A DNA stretch of 64,000 bases from Lingula anatina (taxonomy: Eukaryota > Animalia > Brachiopoda), in contig CM120643.1 in NCBI GenBank assembly GCA_051362555.1, forward strand, positions 23,688,848-23,752,847. The letters run 5' to 3'. A program made the translations under genes and the position numbers. Below are positions 23,564 through 38,300 of the stretch, in pieces. The notes below the pieces were generated by a model. That model made no database searches. It was not told where the DNA came from and saw only the letters and a program-made list of their open reading frames with translations. How positions within the stretch are numbered: the first letter of the stretch is position 1; every line of letters starts with the position of its first letter.

Positions 23564-26500
23564 AACTGGAAGATTAAAAGTTTGAATAGCATCTTCATTG
23601 GAATTATATTTACCTCAAGCTCTGCCAAGGGGGTTATATTTTCACCCCTGTTTGTCTGTCATCACATAACACAAAAAGTTATGGACCGATTTTGCAGAAA
23701 TTTTCAGGAACTGTCGGAAGTGGGCCAAAGAGGACAATGGTTAATTTTTGGTGGTGGTCCGGATCAATAATCAATCAATTATCAATAATAATCAACAATT
23801 GCTGCCTTGGCAGAGGTCTGCACTCTCAAAGTGCTTTTCTAGTTTTGTTGTTTTCCTTTATAATTTTTTCTCAAACACTTGCATTTGTGACTTTTAACTC
23901 TCTTCTGCCTGGGGCTCTGCATATTTTCTGTATTTCTACAAAAGCAGTTGTATTGTTTTTTATGTCTTTAAACATTATGTAATATTATTTTATGCACTGT
24001 CATCATTTTTCAAATATTGAGACTTTCATAATGTGAATTTGAACTCTCATGGTCCTGAAACTGTAATCTTATTGAAGGGGTGGATTGAGACCATCTTCTG
24101 GGTCTTCCGGAAGGCAGTCAGGTTATTAAGTTTATATTGACTGGTATCTATTTTTTCTGTTGGAAGACCATCAAAATGGAGGATGGATCAACATAGATAC
24201 TTTGTAATACTGTCAGAAAATATCTCTGGGTCCACTCCTGTTATTGATCATGTTACCTGTTGTGCATGATTAAAATTCAGTGTTGACTGACAGTGCTATT
24301 ATAAGCATTATTTATTATCGCATCAAAATTGACAAAATGACCTTTTTTGCATCTTTATTTTCTGTTTTTTGTCTGTACATTTGACAGCTTTGCTGCCTTG
24401 TTCTCATTCTGGCTCTTTCTAATTGTAAATTTGAACTTTGATGGACCTGAAGCCTTATGCTTTTACTTTCGTCGTTGTTACCTGTTCTGCATAATTAAAA
24501 TTTGATATTGACTGTGCAGTTAAACATAATGTACTATTGCATCAGAATTGGCAGTCTCCTATTTTTGTGCATTATTGTTTTGTGCTTTTCTTAAGCTGTG
24601 TCTTATGAGACAAATTTGTGTGGTCAGTCTGTAAATTCCCCTTGGGTATTCACTAGGCTAAGTTTAGTGCTATAAACTCATTTGCCTGATTAAGTGGCCA
24701 TTAAATGAGATTTCATAAATCACACTTGTTGATATTTCCCTGTAAACTCCCAAAGGTTAAGCTCTCTGCTAGATAACAGTGTCCATAATAAGGAAGCACT
24801 GAATAGCAGCTTCATTAGATTATATTTTTGTTGTTTTCTTTTTAATTTCTTCTCCAACACTGGCATTTTTAAGATGTGACTTTCCCATCCACCTGAGGCT
24901 CTGCACAATTTCTGTATTTCCACGTAAGCAGTTGTATTGGTATTCATGTCTTTAAACACTTGTAATATTATTTTATGCACTGTCATCATTTTTCTTATAT
25001 TGGGACTTTCATCATGTGAATTTTAACTCTCATGGTCATGAAACTATAATCTTATTGAAGGGGTGGATTGAGACCATCTTCTGGGTCTCCTGGAAGACAG
25101 TTAGATTTTTTATATTGATGGGTATCTATTTTTTTCTTTTGGAAGACCATCAAAATGGAAGATGGATCAATAAAGATACTTTAGAATACTGTCAAAAATA
25201 TTTCTGGATCTGCTCCTGTTATTGACCATGTTACCTGTTGTGCATAATGAAAAATCAGTGTTGACTGACTGCTATTATAAGCATTATTTATTGTTGCATC
25301 AAAATTGACAAAATGACCTCTTTTGCATCTTTTTTTTTCTGTTTTTTGTCTGTACATTAGACAGCTTTGCTGCCTTGTTTCACTTTTTTCAACGCAGTCT
25401 GTTTGGTAAAATTTTCTGGCAATTTAACAGTTTTTTGTGAAAATTTAATTTTTCACTTATTTGCATCTTTATTTCACTTTTCTCAGCATATATGCAACCC
25501 TGATAACACGATAAGTGAAAAACCGCTTTACTTTTTGGCTTGAAACTTACAGAACTGATGAATATCTATAATACGCAAGTCAAGTTCAAAAATTGGCATG
25601 ATCAGAGCATTTTTATAAAGGTTTTGCTGTTTTTTCACTTTTTTTCAGCATATATGCAACACCTATAACACATTTTAAGGAAAATTGATTGCCCAATTGT
25701 CTTGAAATTCACAGTAGTGATCAGTGTTACTGAAATACAGATTAAGTTTTGAAAATAAGCTTGATCAGTAAAGGTTTGGTGAAGTTATGCCTTTTTTTGT
25801 ATATAAGTGTTTTTTTTTTCCTCAAATTTAATTCTCAGGCATGCTAACAGTCTCATTTTTGAACTAATTAGATATGTTAAGTTGTTCTTTTGACATTTTC
25901 TGCATCTTAACAACATTGTTAGTTGATTATAAAAAAATGATGGTAAACCTGATATTGTGTATTGTTTTATAAGTGTCAAAAATGGAAAAAAAACACATAT
26001 CTTTACAGTTTGTCAGATTCAACCATTCACTATGTTCAGAATTTCAGAATGGAGCAAGTTGGACATTTATAATTGTTCTATTGATATTTTTGCTTTTACA
26101 ACATATTTTTTATGTACAGACACAGATGTGTCTGTACATATAGCCATCATCTGCGTCTGTCGTCGCCGTCGCCGTCGCCATGCACTTTTACCGATAACAT
26201 TATAAGTGGAAAACTGTTTTTTCTTTTGGCTTGAAACTTACAGAACTGATGAATATTCGTAATACGCAGGTCAAGTTCGAAAATCAGCATGATCGGGTCA
26301 CTTATAGGGAATTTATGCTGTTTTTATGTACAGACACAGATGTGTCTGTACATATAGCCATCATCTGCGTCTGTCGTCGCCGTCGCCGTCGTCGCCGTCG
26401 CCGTGCACTTTTACCGATAACACGATAAGTGGAAAACTGTTTTTTCTTTTGGCTTGAAACTTACAGAACTGATGAATATTCATAATACGCAGGTCAAGTT

Positions 26501-29299
26501 CGAAAATCAGCATGATCGGGTCACTTATAGGGAATTTATGCTGTTTTTTCACTTTTTTCAGCATATATGCAACACCGATAACACGATAAGTGGAAAACCA
26601 TTTTACCTTTTGGCTTGAAACTTACAGAACTGATGAATATTCATAATACGCAGGTCAAGTTCGAAAATCGGCATGATCGGGTCACTTATAGGGAATTTAT
26701 GCTGTTTTTTCACTTTTTTCAGCATATATACAGCACTGATAACACGATAAGTGGAAAACCATTTTACTTTTTGGCTTAAAACTTACAGATCTGATGAATA
26801 TTTATAATACGCAGGTCAAGTTCGAAAATCAGCATGATCAGGCCATTTTTAGGGAAGTTATGCTGTTTTTTCACTTCTTTCAACATATATGCAACGCTAA
26901 TAACACAATATAAGAAAAACAGATAGGCCAATTGTCATTATACTCACAGGAGTAGTCAAACTAACTAAAACGCAGGTTGAGTTCCAAAATCAGCATAATC
27001 GGGCCATTCTTTTAGAAGTTATGCTGTTTTTTCTTATTTCCTCAGATTGAATTGTTAGGCATGTTAACAGTCTCATTATTGAACTAATAAGATATGTAAA
27101 AGTGTTTGCGTGACATTTCCTGCATCTTAATAACATTGTTAGTTGATTATGTAAAAATGATGGTAAACTTGTTATTGTGTATTATGTTATAAAGTGTCAA
27201 AAATGGAAATAAACAAATATCATTGCAGTTTGTCAGATTCAATCATCTACTATATTCATTATCTCAGAATGGAGGAAATTGCACATTTAACACTGTTCTA
27301 TTGATATTTTTCCCATCCCATCAATTTTCTTAGTTGATCATATACAAATGGCAGAAAACTGTTTATTTTGTTTTATGTTAAAAAAGTGTTTTAAAAATGG
27401 AAGTAAACCCATTGCAGAACAGTGCTGTCTTGTTTCAGCATATGTGCAGCACCGATAACAGGATAAGTGGAAAACCATTTTACCTTTTCCCTTGAAACTT
27501 ACAAAACTGGTCAATACGCAGGTCAAGTTCGAAAATCAGCATGATCGGGTCATTTTTAGGGAAGTAATGCTGTTTTTCACTTTTTTCACCATATATGCAA
27601 CACTGATAACATGATAAGTGAAAAATCATTTTACCTTTTGGTTTCAAACTTACAGAACTGATGAATATTCATAATACGCAGGTCAAGTTTGAAAATCAGT
27701 ATGATTGGGTCATTTTTAGGGAAGTTATGCTGTTTTTCACTTTTTTCAGCATATATGCAACACTGATAACATGATAAGTGGAAAACCATTTAACCTTTTG
27801 ATTTGAAACTTGCAGAACTAATGAATATTCATAATACGCAGGTCAAGTTTGAAAATCAGCATGATCGGGTCATTTTTAGGGAAGTAATGCTGTTTTTTCA
27901 CTTTTTTCAGCATGTATGCAACACCTTTGTGCTATATGACGGTACTGTATGGATGACAGTCTTTAAAATTATCCCTTGGGTGATCACTAATTAAATTAAG
28001 GTCTATAAAGTCACTTGCCTACTCATTAATTTTCAATTGGCCATTAAATGAGATTACATAAAACACTCCTTGAGATTTCCCTGTAAAGTCCCATAGGTTT
28101 AGCTCTCTTAACTGTGTCACAAAATTAGGATTTGGTGATAATTGTGCAGATAAATGGTGTTTAACATTGCAAATAATTTACAACAAAAAGAATGTGTTAT
28201 GCCAACATGCTATAGATGCATAACAGTGCTTTATTTTTCTCAAACTTGGTGGGGTTATTAATATCAAGTTAATACAGCTAGATTAAAAGTTTGAATAGCA
28301 GCTTTATTGGAATTTTTTACGTTTTATTTAAAAATTTTTTAAAATTATTTTTCAAACACTAGCATCTTCAAGATGTGATTTTATACTCCCATCCACCAGA
28401 AGTGCTGTGCATTTTCTGTATTTTTGTATATAATTGTTATTTCTTCAGATTTAATTCTTAGGCATGTTAACAGTCTCATTATGGAACTAATAAGATATGT
28501 AAAAGTGTTGTTTTGACATTTTCTGCTTCTTAACAATATTGTTTGTTGATTACATAAAAATGACGGTAAACCTGTTATAATATTGTGCATTGTGTAATAA
28601 AGTATCATAAATGGAAAGGAACTCATCATTGCAGTTTGTCAGATAATCATTCACTATGTTCAGCATCTGCAAATGGAGCAAATTGGACATTGAAAATTGT
28701 TCTATTGATATTTTTCCTATGTCAACAATTTTCCTAGTTGAACATTTAAAATGACAGTTTATTGATCATTTTGTTTTAAAAAAGGTGTTGAAAATGGAAA
28801 GAAAATCATTTCAGTACAGTTATCTCTTGTTTACATTTTGGCATTTTGAAAGTGTGACTCTGAACTTCCATGGCCTTGAAGACCTTCCCAAATCACATTT
28901 TCTGAATATTCATGATACTTTTATTTTTTTATAAAAAATTTGATGGTCATTATGCTGTTAAGTATTATGTTTTATTGCATGAAAGTTGAAGAAAACCCTA
29001 TTTTGGACACTGCTGCCAGGATAGCGATTAAGGGAAAACCATGTTGCTTACGATACTGAAACTTAGTGAAAAGTTTCATAAGACAGAAGTGCGCAGCTTG
29101 TGTTTGAAAACCAATGTGATTGTTTTCTGTTTTGGAGGCAATACAGGTTTATAGAGTGCTATACTGGCATTTTCAAGTTTTGACTTATCACTCCCATCTG
29201 CCAGGAGCCCTGTACTCTTACTTTGTAACATTTTCTGTATTTTGTTAAGTTACAAGAATGATTCTTAGGATTGACATACAGCCCAAAAAAAAAAAAAAA

Positions 29300-29381
<82 letters not shown>

Positions 29382-32300
29382 GAGTTTAAGCAATTTTTTT
29401 TTTGTGTGTAATTTTCACTGTACCTCATTCTGGCATTTCCAAAGTTTAACTCTTATCAGCCTGACACCTTAGGGACTATTTCCAGACCCTATCACGCTAA
29501 CTGTGGATCGATCTATCTCCATGGGAATTCTCGCTAAATTGCAATCAATGTAAGTGGCTTAGTTGTCTCTCACGCCTACTGAAACTGGCATGCCAGAATC
29601 CTAAGACTCTCAAACTGAAAGCAATTTAGTGAGAAACCCCTTGGAGTTGGATTGATCCTGTTAGATTGATCTAGGTATGGGAACTTAGTCTGATGTTTGA
29701 TACACATTTTACTTTCATTCTAATCCAGTGTTATGCAGAATAAGAATTTGATGTTGGCTATGCAGTTACAGTAAGCATAATACATTAGTTCATCAGAATT
29801 GACAGTATCCTATTTCCTGCGTTTTTATTTTCTGGTTTTTGTCTGTACATTTGACAGCTTTGCTGCCTTGTTTCACTTTTTGCAGCATATATGCAGCACC
29901 GATAACACGATAAGTGGAAAATCATTTTACCTTTTGGCTTGAAACTTACAGAACTGATGAATATTCATAATACGCAGGTCAAGTTCGAAAATCAGCATGA
30001 TCGGATCACTTATAGGGAATTTATGCTGTTTTTATGTACAGACACAGATGTGTCTGTACATATAGCCATCATCTGTGTCTGTCGTCGCCGTCGTCGCCGT
30101 GCACTCAGCGATAACACGATAAGTGGAATACCGTTTTACATTTTGTATTCAAATTTACAGAACTGATGAATATTCATAATACGCAGGTCAAGTTCGAAAA
30201 TCAGCATGATTGGGTCATTTTTAGGGAATTTATACTGATTTTTATGTACAGACACAGATGTGTCTGTACATATAGCCATCATCTGCGTCTGTCGTCGCCG
30301 TCGTCGCCGTCGTGCACTTTTACCGATAACACGATAAGTGGAAAACCATTTTACCTTTTGACTTGAAACTTGCAGATCTGATGAGTATTCATAATACGCA
30401 GGTCAAGTTCGAAAATCAGCATGATCGGGTCACTTTTAGGGAATTTATGCTGTTTTTTCACTTTTTTCAGCATATATGCAGCACTGATAACACGATAAGT
30501 GGAAAACCATTTTACCTTTTGACTTGAAACTTGCAGATCTGATGAGTATTCATAATACGCAGGTCAAGTTCGAAAATCAGCATGATCGGGCCACTTTTAG
30601 GGAATTTATGCTGTTTTTTCACTTTTTTCAGCATATATGCAGCACCGATAACACAATAAGTGGAAAACCATTTTACTTTTTGACTTGAAACTTACAGAAC
30701 TGATGAGTATTCATAATACGCAGGTCAAGTTCGAAAATCAGCATGATTGGGCCATTTTTAGGGAATTTATGCTGTTTTTTCACTTTTTTCAGCATATTTG
30801 CAGCACCGATAACACAATAAGTGGAAAACCATTTTACCTTTTGACTTGAAACTTACAGAACTGATGAATATTCATAATACGCAGGTCAAGTTCGAAAATC
30901 AGCATAATTGGGCCATTTTTAGGGAATTTATGCTGTTTTTTCACTATTTTCAATATAAATACAACACTGATAACACAATATAAGAAAAACGGATGGGCCA
31001 ATTGTAATTATACTCACAGGAGTGGTCAATCTTACTAAAACGCAGGTTGAGTTCGAAAATCAGCATAATCGGGCCATTATTTTAGAAGTTATACTGTTTT
31101 TCACATTTCCTCAGCTTCAATTATTAGGCATGTTAGCAGTCTCATTATTTAACTAATAAGATGCCTAAAAGTGTTTGTTTGATATTTCCTGCATCTTTAC
31201 AACATTGTTAGTTGATTATGTAAAAAACATGGTAAACTTGTTATCATGTATTGTGTAATAAAGTGTCAAAAATGGAAATAAACTCATATCATTGCAGTTT
31301 GTCAGATTCAATCATCCACTATGTTCAGAATCTCAGAATGGAGGAAATTGGACATTTAACACTGTTCTATTGATACTTTTCCCATCTCATCAATTTTCTT
31401 AGTTGGTCATATAAAATGGCAGTAAAATGTTTATTTTGTTTTATGTTAAAAAAGTGTTTAAAATGGAAATAAACCCATTTCAGAACAGTGCTGTCTTGTT
31501 TACATTTTGGCATTTTCAAGGAGTGACTTTGAAGTTCCATGGGCCTGAAGACCTTTGCTAGTCACATTTTCTGAATATCTGTGAAACAAATATTTTATAA
31601 TTAAAAATTGATGGTCATTAAGCTGTTAAACATTATGTAATATTGCATCAAAATTTGAAGAAACCCCTATTTTGGGCACTGCTTCCATAATGACCATTTA
31701 AGGAAAATCATGTCACTTACTGTTCTCAAACTTACAGGAAAGAAACATGGGACTAAAATACAGCTTCAGTAGGCAATGCAGTCTGTTTGGTTTATTTATT
31801 TATTTATTTTTTATTTTTTTTTTTTTTTTGGCAGTTAACAGTTTTTTGTGAAAATTTAATTTTTATGTACAGACACAGATGTGTCTGTACATATAGCCAT
31901 CACCTGCGTCTGTCGTCGTCGCCGTGCACTTTCACCGATAACACGATAAGTGAAAAACCGTTTTACCTTTTGGCTTGAAACTTACAGAACTGATGAATAT
32001 TCATAATATGCAGGTCAAGTTCGAAAACCAGCATGATCAGGCCATTTTGATGGAAGTTATGATGTTTTTTCACTTTTTTCAGCATATTTATAACAACGAT
32101 AACACGATAAGTGAAAAACCATTTTACCTTTTGGCTTGAAACTTACAGAACTGATGAATATTCATATTATGCAGGTCAAGTTTGAAAATCAGCATGATCG
32201 GGCCATTTTTATGAAAGTTATGCTATTTTTTCATTTTTTTCAGCATATTTATAACACCGATAACACGATAAGTGAAAAACCATTTTACCTTTTGGTTTGA

Positions 32301-35300
32301 AACTTACAGAACTGATGAATATTCATAATACACAGGTCAAGTTCGAAAATCAGCGTGATCGGAGCAATTTTATGGAAGTTATGCTGTTTTTTTACTTTTT
32401 TTCAGCATATATGCAATACCGATAACACATTTCAAGGAAAATCATTTGGCCAATTGTCTTGAAATTCACAGGGGTGATCAGTCTTACTGAAATACAGATG
32501 AAGTTCAAAAATAAGTTCGATCAGTTAATTTTGGTGAAGTTATGCCTTTTTTTTATATGTGTTTTTTCTTCAGATTTAATTCTTAGGCATATTAACAATC
32601 TCATTTGTGAACTAATTAAATATGTAAAGATGTTCCTTTGACATTTTCTACATCTTAACAATATTGTTAGTTGATTATATAAAAATGATGGTAAACCTGT
32701 TATTGTGCATTGTGTAATAAAGTGTCAAAAAATGGAAATAAACTCATCTTTACAGTTTGTCAGATTCAATCATTCACCATGTTCAGAATCTCAGAATGGA
32801 GCAAACTGGACATCTAAAATTGTTCTATTGATATTTTTCCTATTTCAACAATTTTCTCAGTTGTTCATTTAAAAATGACAGTAAATTGATCATTTTGTTG
32901 TATGTAAAAAAAGTGTTGAAAGTGGAAAGAAAATCATTTCAGTACAGTTATCTCGTTTACATTTTGGCATTTTGAAGGTGTGACTCTGAACTTCCATGGC
33001 CTTGAAGACCTTTCCATGTCACATTTTCTGAATATCGATGATACTTTTATTTTATTATTAAAAATTGATGGTCATTATGTTATATTGGAAAAAAGTTGAA
33101 GAAAACCCTATTTTGGACATCGCTGCCGGAATGACCATTAAGGAAAAACCATGTTACTTATGATACTCAAGCTTACTGAAAAGTTTCATAAGACTGAAGT
33201 GCAGTTTGTGTTGGAAAATCAGTGTGATTGTTTTCTGTTTTGGATGCAATGCAGCTCTATAGAGTGCTCTATGGGGCTACTGTTTATGGATGGTGGTAAT
33301 TGTCCCTTGGGGTAGTCACAAGCTAAATTCAGAGCTATAAAATCACTTGCCTAATTAATTTCCAAGTGCCCATTAAATAGGATTACATAAAACACACGTT
33401 GAGATTTCCCAGTAAAGCCCCATAGGTTAAGCTCTCTTAACTGTGTCACATAATAAGGAACTGGTGATAATTATGCAGGTAAATATTGTTTAATATTGCA
33501 AATAAGTTTACAAAAGAAAAAAAATTGTGTAACACCAACATTAATGCTGTATTATCCTCAAACACATTGGGGTTATTCATATCATGTTAATACAGCAAGA
33601 TTAAACGTTTGAATAGCAGCTTTATTGGAATATTTTTGTTGTGTTTTCTTTTTAAATTTTTTTTTCAAACACTGGCATTTTCAGCTCCCATCCACCTGAA
33701 GCTCTTGACATTTTCTGTATTTCCACATAAGCAATTGCATTGGTTTTTATGTCTTTAAACATTATGTAATATTATTTTATGCACTGTCATCATTTTTCAA
33801 ATATTGGGATTTTCATTATGTGAATTTGAACTCTCATGGTCCTGAAACTGTAATCTTATTGCAGGGGCGGATTGAGGCCATCTTCTGGGTCTTTCAGAAG
33901 ACGGTCAGATTTTAAAGTTCACATTGATGGGTATCTGTTTTTTCTGTTGGAAGACCATCAAAAATGGAGGATGGATCAACAAAGATAATTTGGAATACTG
34001 TCAGAAAATACCTCTGGATCTGCTCCTGTTATTGACAATGTTACCAGCTGTGCATGATTAAAATTCAGTGTTGATTGACAGTGCTATTATAGGCATTATT
34101 TATTATTGCATCAAAATTGACAAAATGACCCATTTTCTGCATTTTTATTTTCTGTTTTTGTCTGTACATTTGACAGCTTTGCTGCCTTGTTCACATATTG
34201 GCATTTCAAGGTGTGACTTTGAAGTTCCATGATCTTGAAGACTTTTGCTTGTCACATTTTCTGAATGTCCATGTTACTAATATTTTATTAATAACATTTG
34301 ATTGTCATTATGCTGTTAAACATTATGTAATGTTGCATTAAAATTTGAAGAAACCCCTATTTTGGGCACTGCTCCTATGCTGACCATTTAAGGGAAATCA
34401 TGTCACTTACTGTTCTCAAACTTACAGGAAAGAAACATGGGTCTAACATACAGCTTCAATAGGCAACGCAGTCTGTTTGGTAAAATTTTCTGGCAATTTA
34501 ACAGTTTTTTGTGAAAATTTAATTTTTCACTTATTTGCATCTTTATTTTCTGTTCTTTGTCTGTACATTTGACAGCTTTGCTGCCTTGTTCACTTTTTTC
34601 AGCATATATGCAGCACCGATAACAAGATAAGTGGAAAAACAATTTACCTTTTGGCTTGAAACTTGCAGAACTGATGAATATTCATAATATGCAGGCCAAG
34701 TTCAAAAATCAGCATGATTGGATCATTGTTAGGGAATTTATGCTGTTTTTTCACTTTTTTCAGCATATATGCAGCACTGAAAACACACAAGTGGAAAACT
34801 GTTTTTTCTTTTGGCTTGAAACTTACAGACCTAATGAATATTCATAATACGCAGGTCAAGTTTGAAAATCAGCAAGATCGGGCAATTTTTATGGAAGTTA
34901 TCCTGTTTTTTTTTTTTTTTTTTTTTTTTTTTTCAATTTTTTCAGCACTTTTGTAACACCAATAACTTGATAAGTGTAAAAATGTTTTTCCTTTTGGATT
35001 GAAATTTACAGAACTGGTGAATATTTATAATACGCAGGTCAAGTTTGAAAATTGGCGTGATTGGACTATTTTAACAAAAGTAATGCTGTTTTTTTCCTTT
35101 ATTCAGCATACATGCAACACTGATAACGCATTTTAAGGAAAACCAATCAGCCTTTTGTCTTGCAACTCACAGGAGTGATCAATCTGACCAGTATACAGTT
35201 CAAGTTTGAAAATAAGCTTGATCAGTTAAGTTTTGATGAAGTTATTAGCCTTTTTGTATATAAGTGGTTTTTCTTCAGATTTAATTCTTAAGCATGTTAA

Positions 35301-38300
35301 CAGTCTCATTACGGAACTAATTGGATATGTTAAAGTGTTGTTTTAACATTTTCTGCTTCTTAACAATATTGTTAGTTGATTATATAAAAATGACGGTAAA
35401 CCTATTATAGTGCAGTGTGTAATAAAGTATCAAAAATGGAAAGGAACTCATCATTGCAGTTTGTCAGATTCAATCATTCACTATGTTCAGAATCTCCAAA
35501 TGGAGCAAATTGGACATTATGAATTGTTCTATTTATATTTTTCCTATGTCAACAATTTTCCTAGTTGATCATATAAAAATGACAGTAAATTGATTATTGT
35601 TTTATGTAAAAAAGGTGTTGAAAATGGAAAGAAAATCATTTCAGTACAGTTATCTCTTGTTAACATTTTATTTGGCATTTTGAAAGTGTGACTCTGAACT
35701 TCCATGTCCTTGGAGACCTTTCCGTATCACATTTTCTGAATATCCATGATACTTTTATTTTCTTAATAAAAAATTGATGGTTTATTGCTGTTAAGTATTA
35801 TGTTATATTGCATGAAACTTGAAGAAAATCCTACTTTGGACACTGCTGCCAGGATAGCGATTAAGGGAAAACCATGTTACTTATGATAATCAACCTTACT
35901 GAAAAGACTGAAGTGCAGCTTGTGTTGGAAAACCATTGTAATTGTTTTCTGTTTTGAAAGCAATGCAGTAGAGTGCTATTTGGTGCAATAAATGTATATG
36001 GATAGTAGGCAGTTAATTCAGGGTTATAAAGTAATTGGTTAATTGATTTTCAAGTTATTTCAGGGTTATAAAATAATTTGCTTAATTGATTTTCAAGTGG
36101 CCATTAAATGAGATTACATAAACACACATTGAGATTTCATTGTAAAGTCCCATAGGTTTAGCTCTCTTAACTGTGTCACATAATTAGGAATCGATGATTA
36201 TTATGCAGGCAAATGTTATTTAATATTGAAAATAAGTTTACAAAAGAAAAATTTTGTGTAACGCTTACATTAATGCTAAAGATGAATAACAGTGCCTTAT
36301 TATTCTCAAACTCAATAGGGTTATTCATATCATGTTGGTAATTGTACAGCTAGTTTTCACTTTTCAGCATATATGCAATACTGTAAACACAATATAAGAA
36401 AAACAGATAGGCCAATTGCCATTATACTCACAGGAGTGGTCAATCCTGCTAAAACTCAGGTCGAGTTAAAAAATGAGCATAATCGGGCCATTATTTAAAA
36501 AGTTATGCTGTTTTTTCACATTTCCTCAGATTCAATTCTTAGGCATGTTAACAGTTTCATTATTTAATTAATAAGATACGTAAAAGTGTTTGTTTGACAT
36601 TTCCTGCATCTTTACAACATTGTTAGTTGGTTTTGTAAAAATGATGGTAAACTTGTCATCGTGTATTGTGTAATAAATTTTCAAAATGGTAATAAACTCA
36701 TATCATTGCAGTTTGTCAGATTCAATCATTCACTATGTTCAGAATCTCAGAATGGAAGAAATTAGACATTTAACACTGCTCTATTGATATTTTTCCCATC
36801 TCATCAATTTTCTTAGTTGATCATATAAAATGGCAGTAAACTGTTATTTTTGTTTTATGTTAAAAATGGTGAAAAAAACATTTCAGAACAGTGCTGTCTT
36901 GTTTACATTTTGGCATTTTCAAGTTGTGACTTTGAAGTTCCATGGGCCTGAAGACCATTGCTAGTCACATTTTCTGAATATCCATGATACTAATATTTTA
37001 TTATTAAAAATTGACGGTCATTATGCTGTTAAACATAATGTAATATTGCATCAAAATTTGAAAAAAACCTATTTTGGGCACTGCTCCCATGATGACCATT
37101 TAAGAAAAACCATGTCACTTACTGTTCTCAAACTTACAGGAAAGAAATATGGGACTAAATTACAGCTTCAGTAGGCAATGTAGTCTGATTGGTAATTCTT
37201 ACTGTCAGTTAAACAGTTTTTTTTTGTGAAAATTTAATTTTTCACATATTGGCATTTTCAAGGTGTGACTTTGAAGTTCCACGGGCTTGAAGACCTTTGC
37301 TAGTCACATTTTCTGAAAATCCATGATACGTTTATTTTATTAGTAAAAATTGATGGTCATAATGCTGTTAACCATTATGTAATATTGCATCAGAATAGAA
37401 GAACACAAATTTGGGTGCTGCTGCTATGATGACCATTATGGGAAAACCATGTTACTTATGATTGCCAACTTTTAAAAATGAAATACAGGACCAAAATGCA
37501 GCCTTAGTTGGAAAAGCAGTCTAATTGGCTTCTTTTTCTGGAAGTTATACATTTTTACAACTAGTCTTACAAGAATGATTCTTAGGATTGACATACAGGT
37601 CATATTAGCAAACCAGCTCTATGAGATTATCATTTTTATTAAATTTATGCATTTTTTGTGAAATTTTCATTTTTCTCATTCTGGCACTTGCTAAGTATAA
37701 ACTTGAACTCTGATGGGCCTGAAGCCTTATGCTTTTACTTTCGTCGGTGTTACCTGTTGTGCATAATTAAAATTTGATGTTGACTGTGCAATTAAACATA
37801 ACATATTATTGCATCAGAATTGGTAGTCTCCTATTTTGTGCATTATTGTTTTGTGCTTTTCTTAAGGTGTGACTTATGGGCCTGAAGACCTTTGAGAGGG
37901 TCAGTCTGTAAATTTCCCTTGGTTATCACTAGGCTAATTTCGGAGTTGTAAAGTCATTTGCCTAATTAATAGGCAATTAAATGACATTACATAAAGCACA
38001 CTTGTTGATGTTTCCCTGTAAACTCCCAAAGGTTAAGCTCTCTGCTAGATTAATAATAACGAAGCAGTGATAATTATGCAGGTAAAATTTGTTTAATATT
38101 GCAAATAAGTTTTTAATATATATATATATATAAAACTCAAAGATTAAAAGTTTGAATAGCAGCTTCATTGGAATTATATTTACCTCTGCCAAGGAGGTTA
38201 TGTTTTCACTCCTGTATGTCTGTCATGAACATAACTCTAAAAGTTATGGACCAATTTTGATGAAATTTTCAGGAACTGTCAGAAGTGGGTCAAAGAGGAC

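Larger units (their letters stand above)
20967..24402 (+). mobile_element. Nested HINE-A copy
   Basis: Flanks rejoin to TTTTCATTTTT|CTCATTCTGG (intact at ~23070). Confidence 0.82.
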
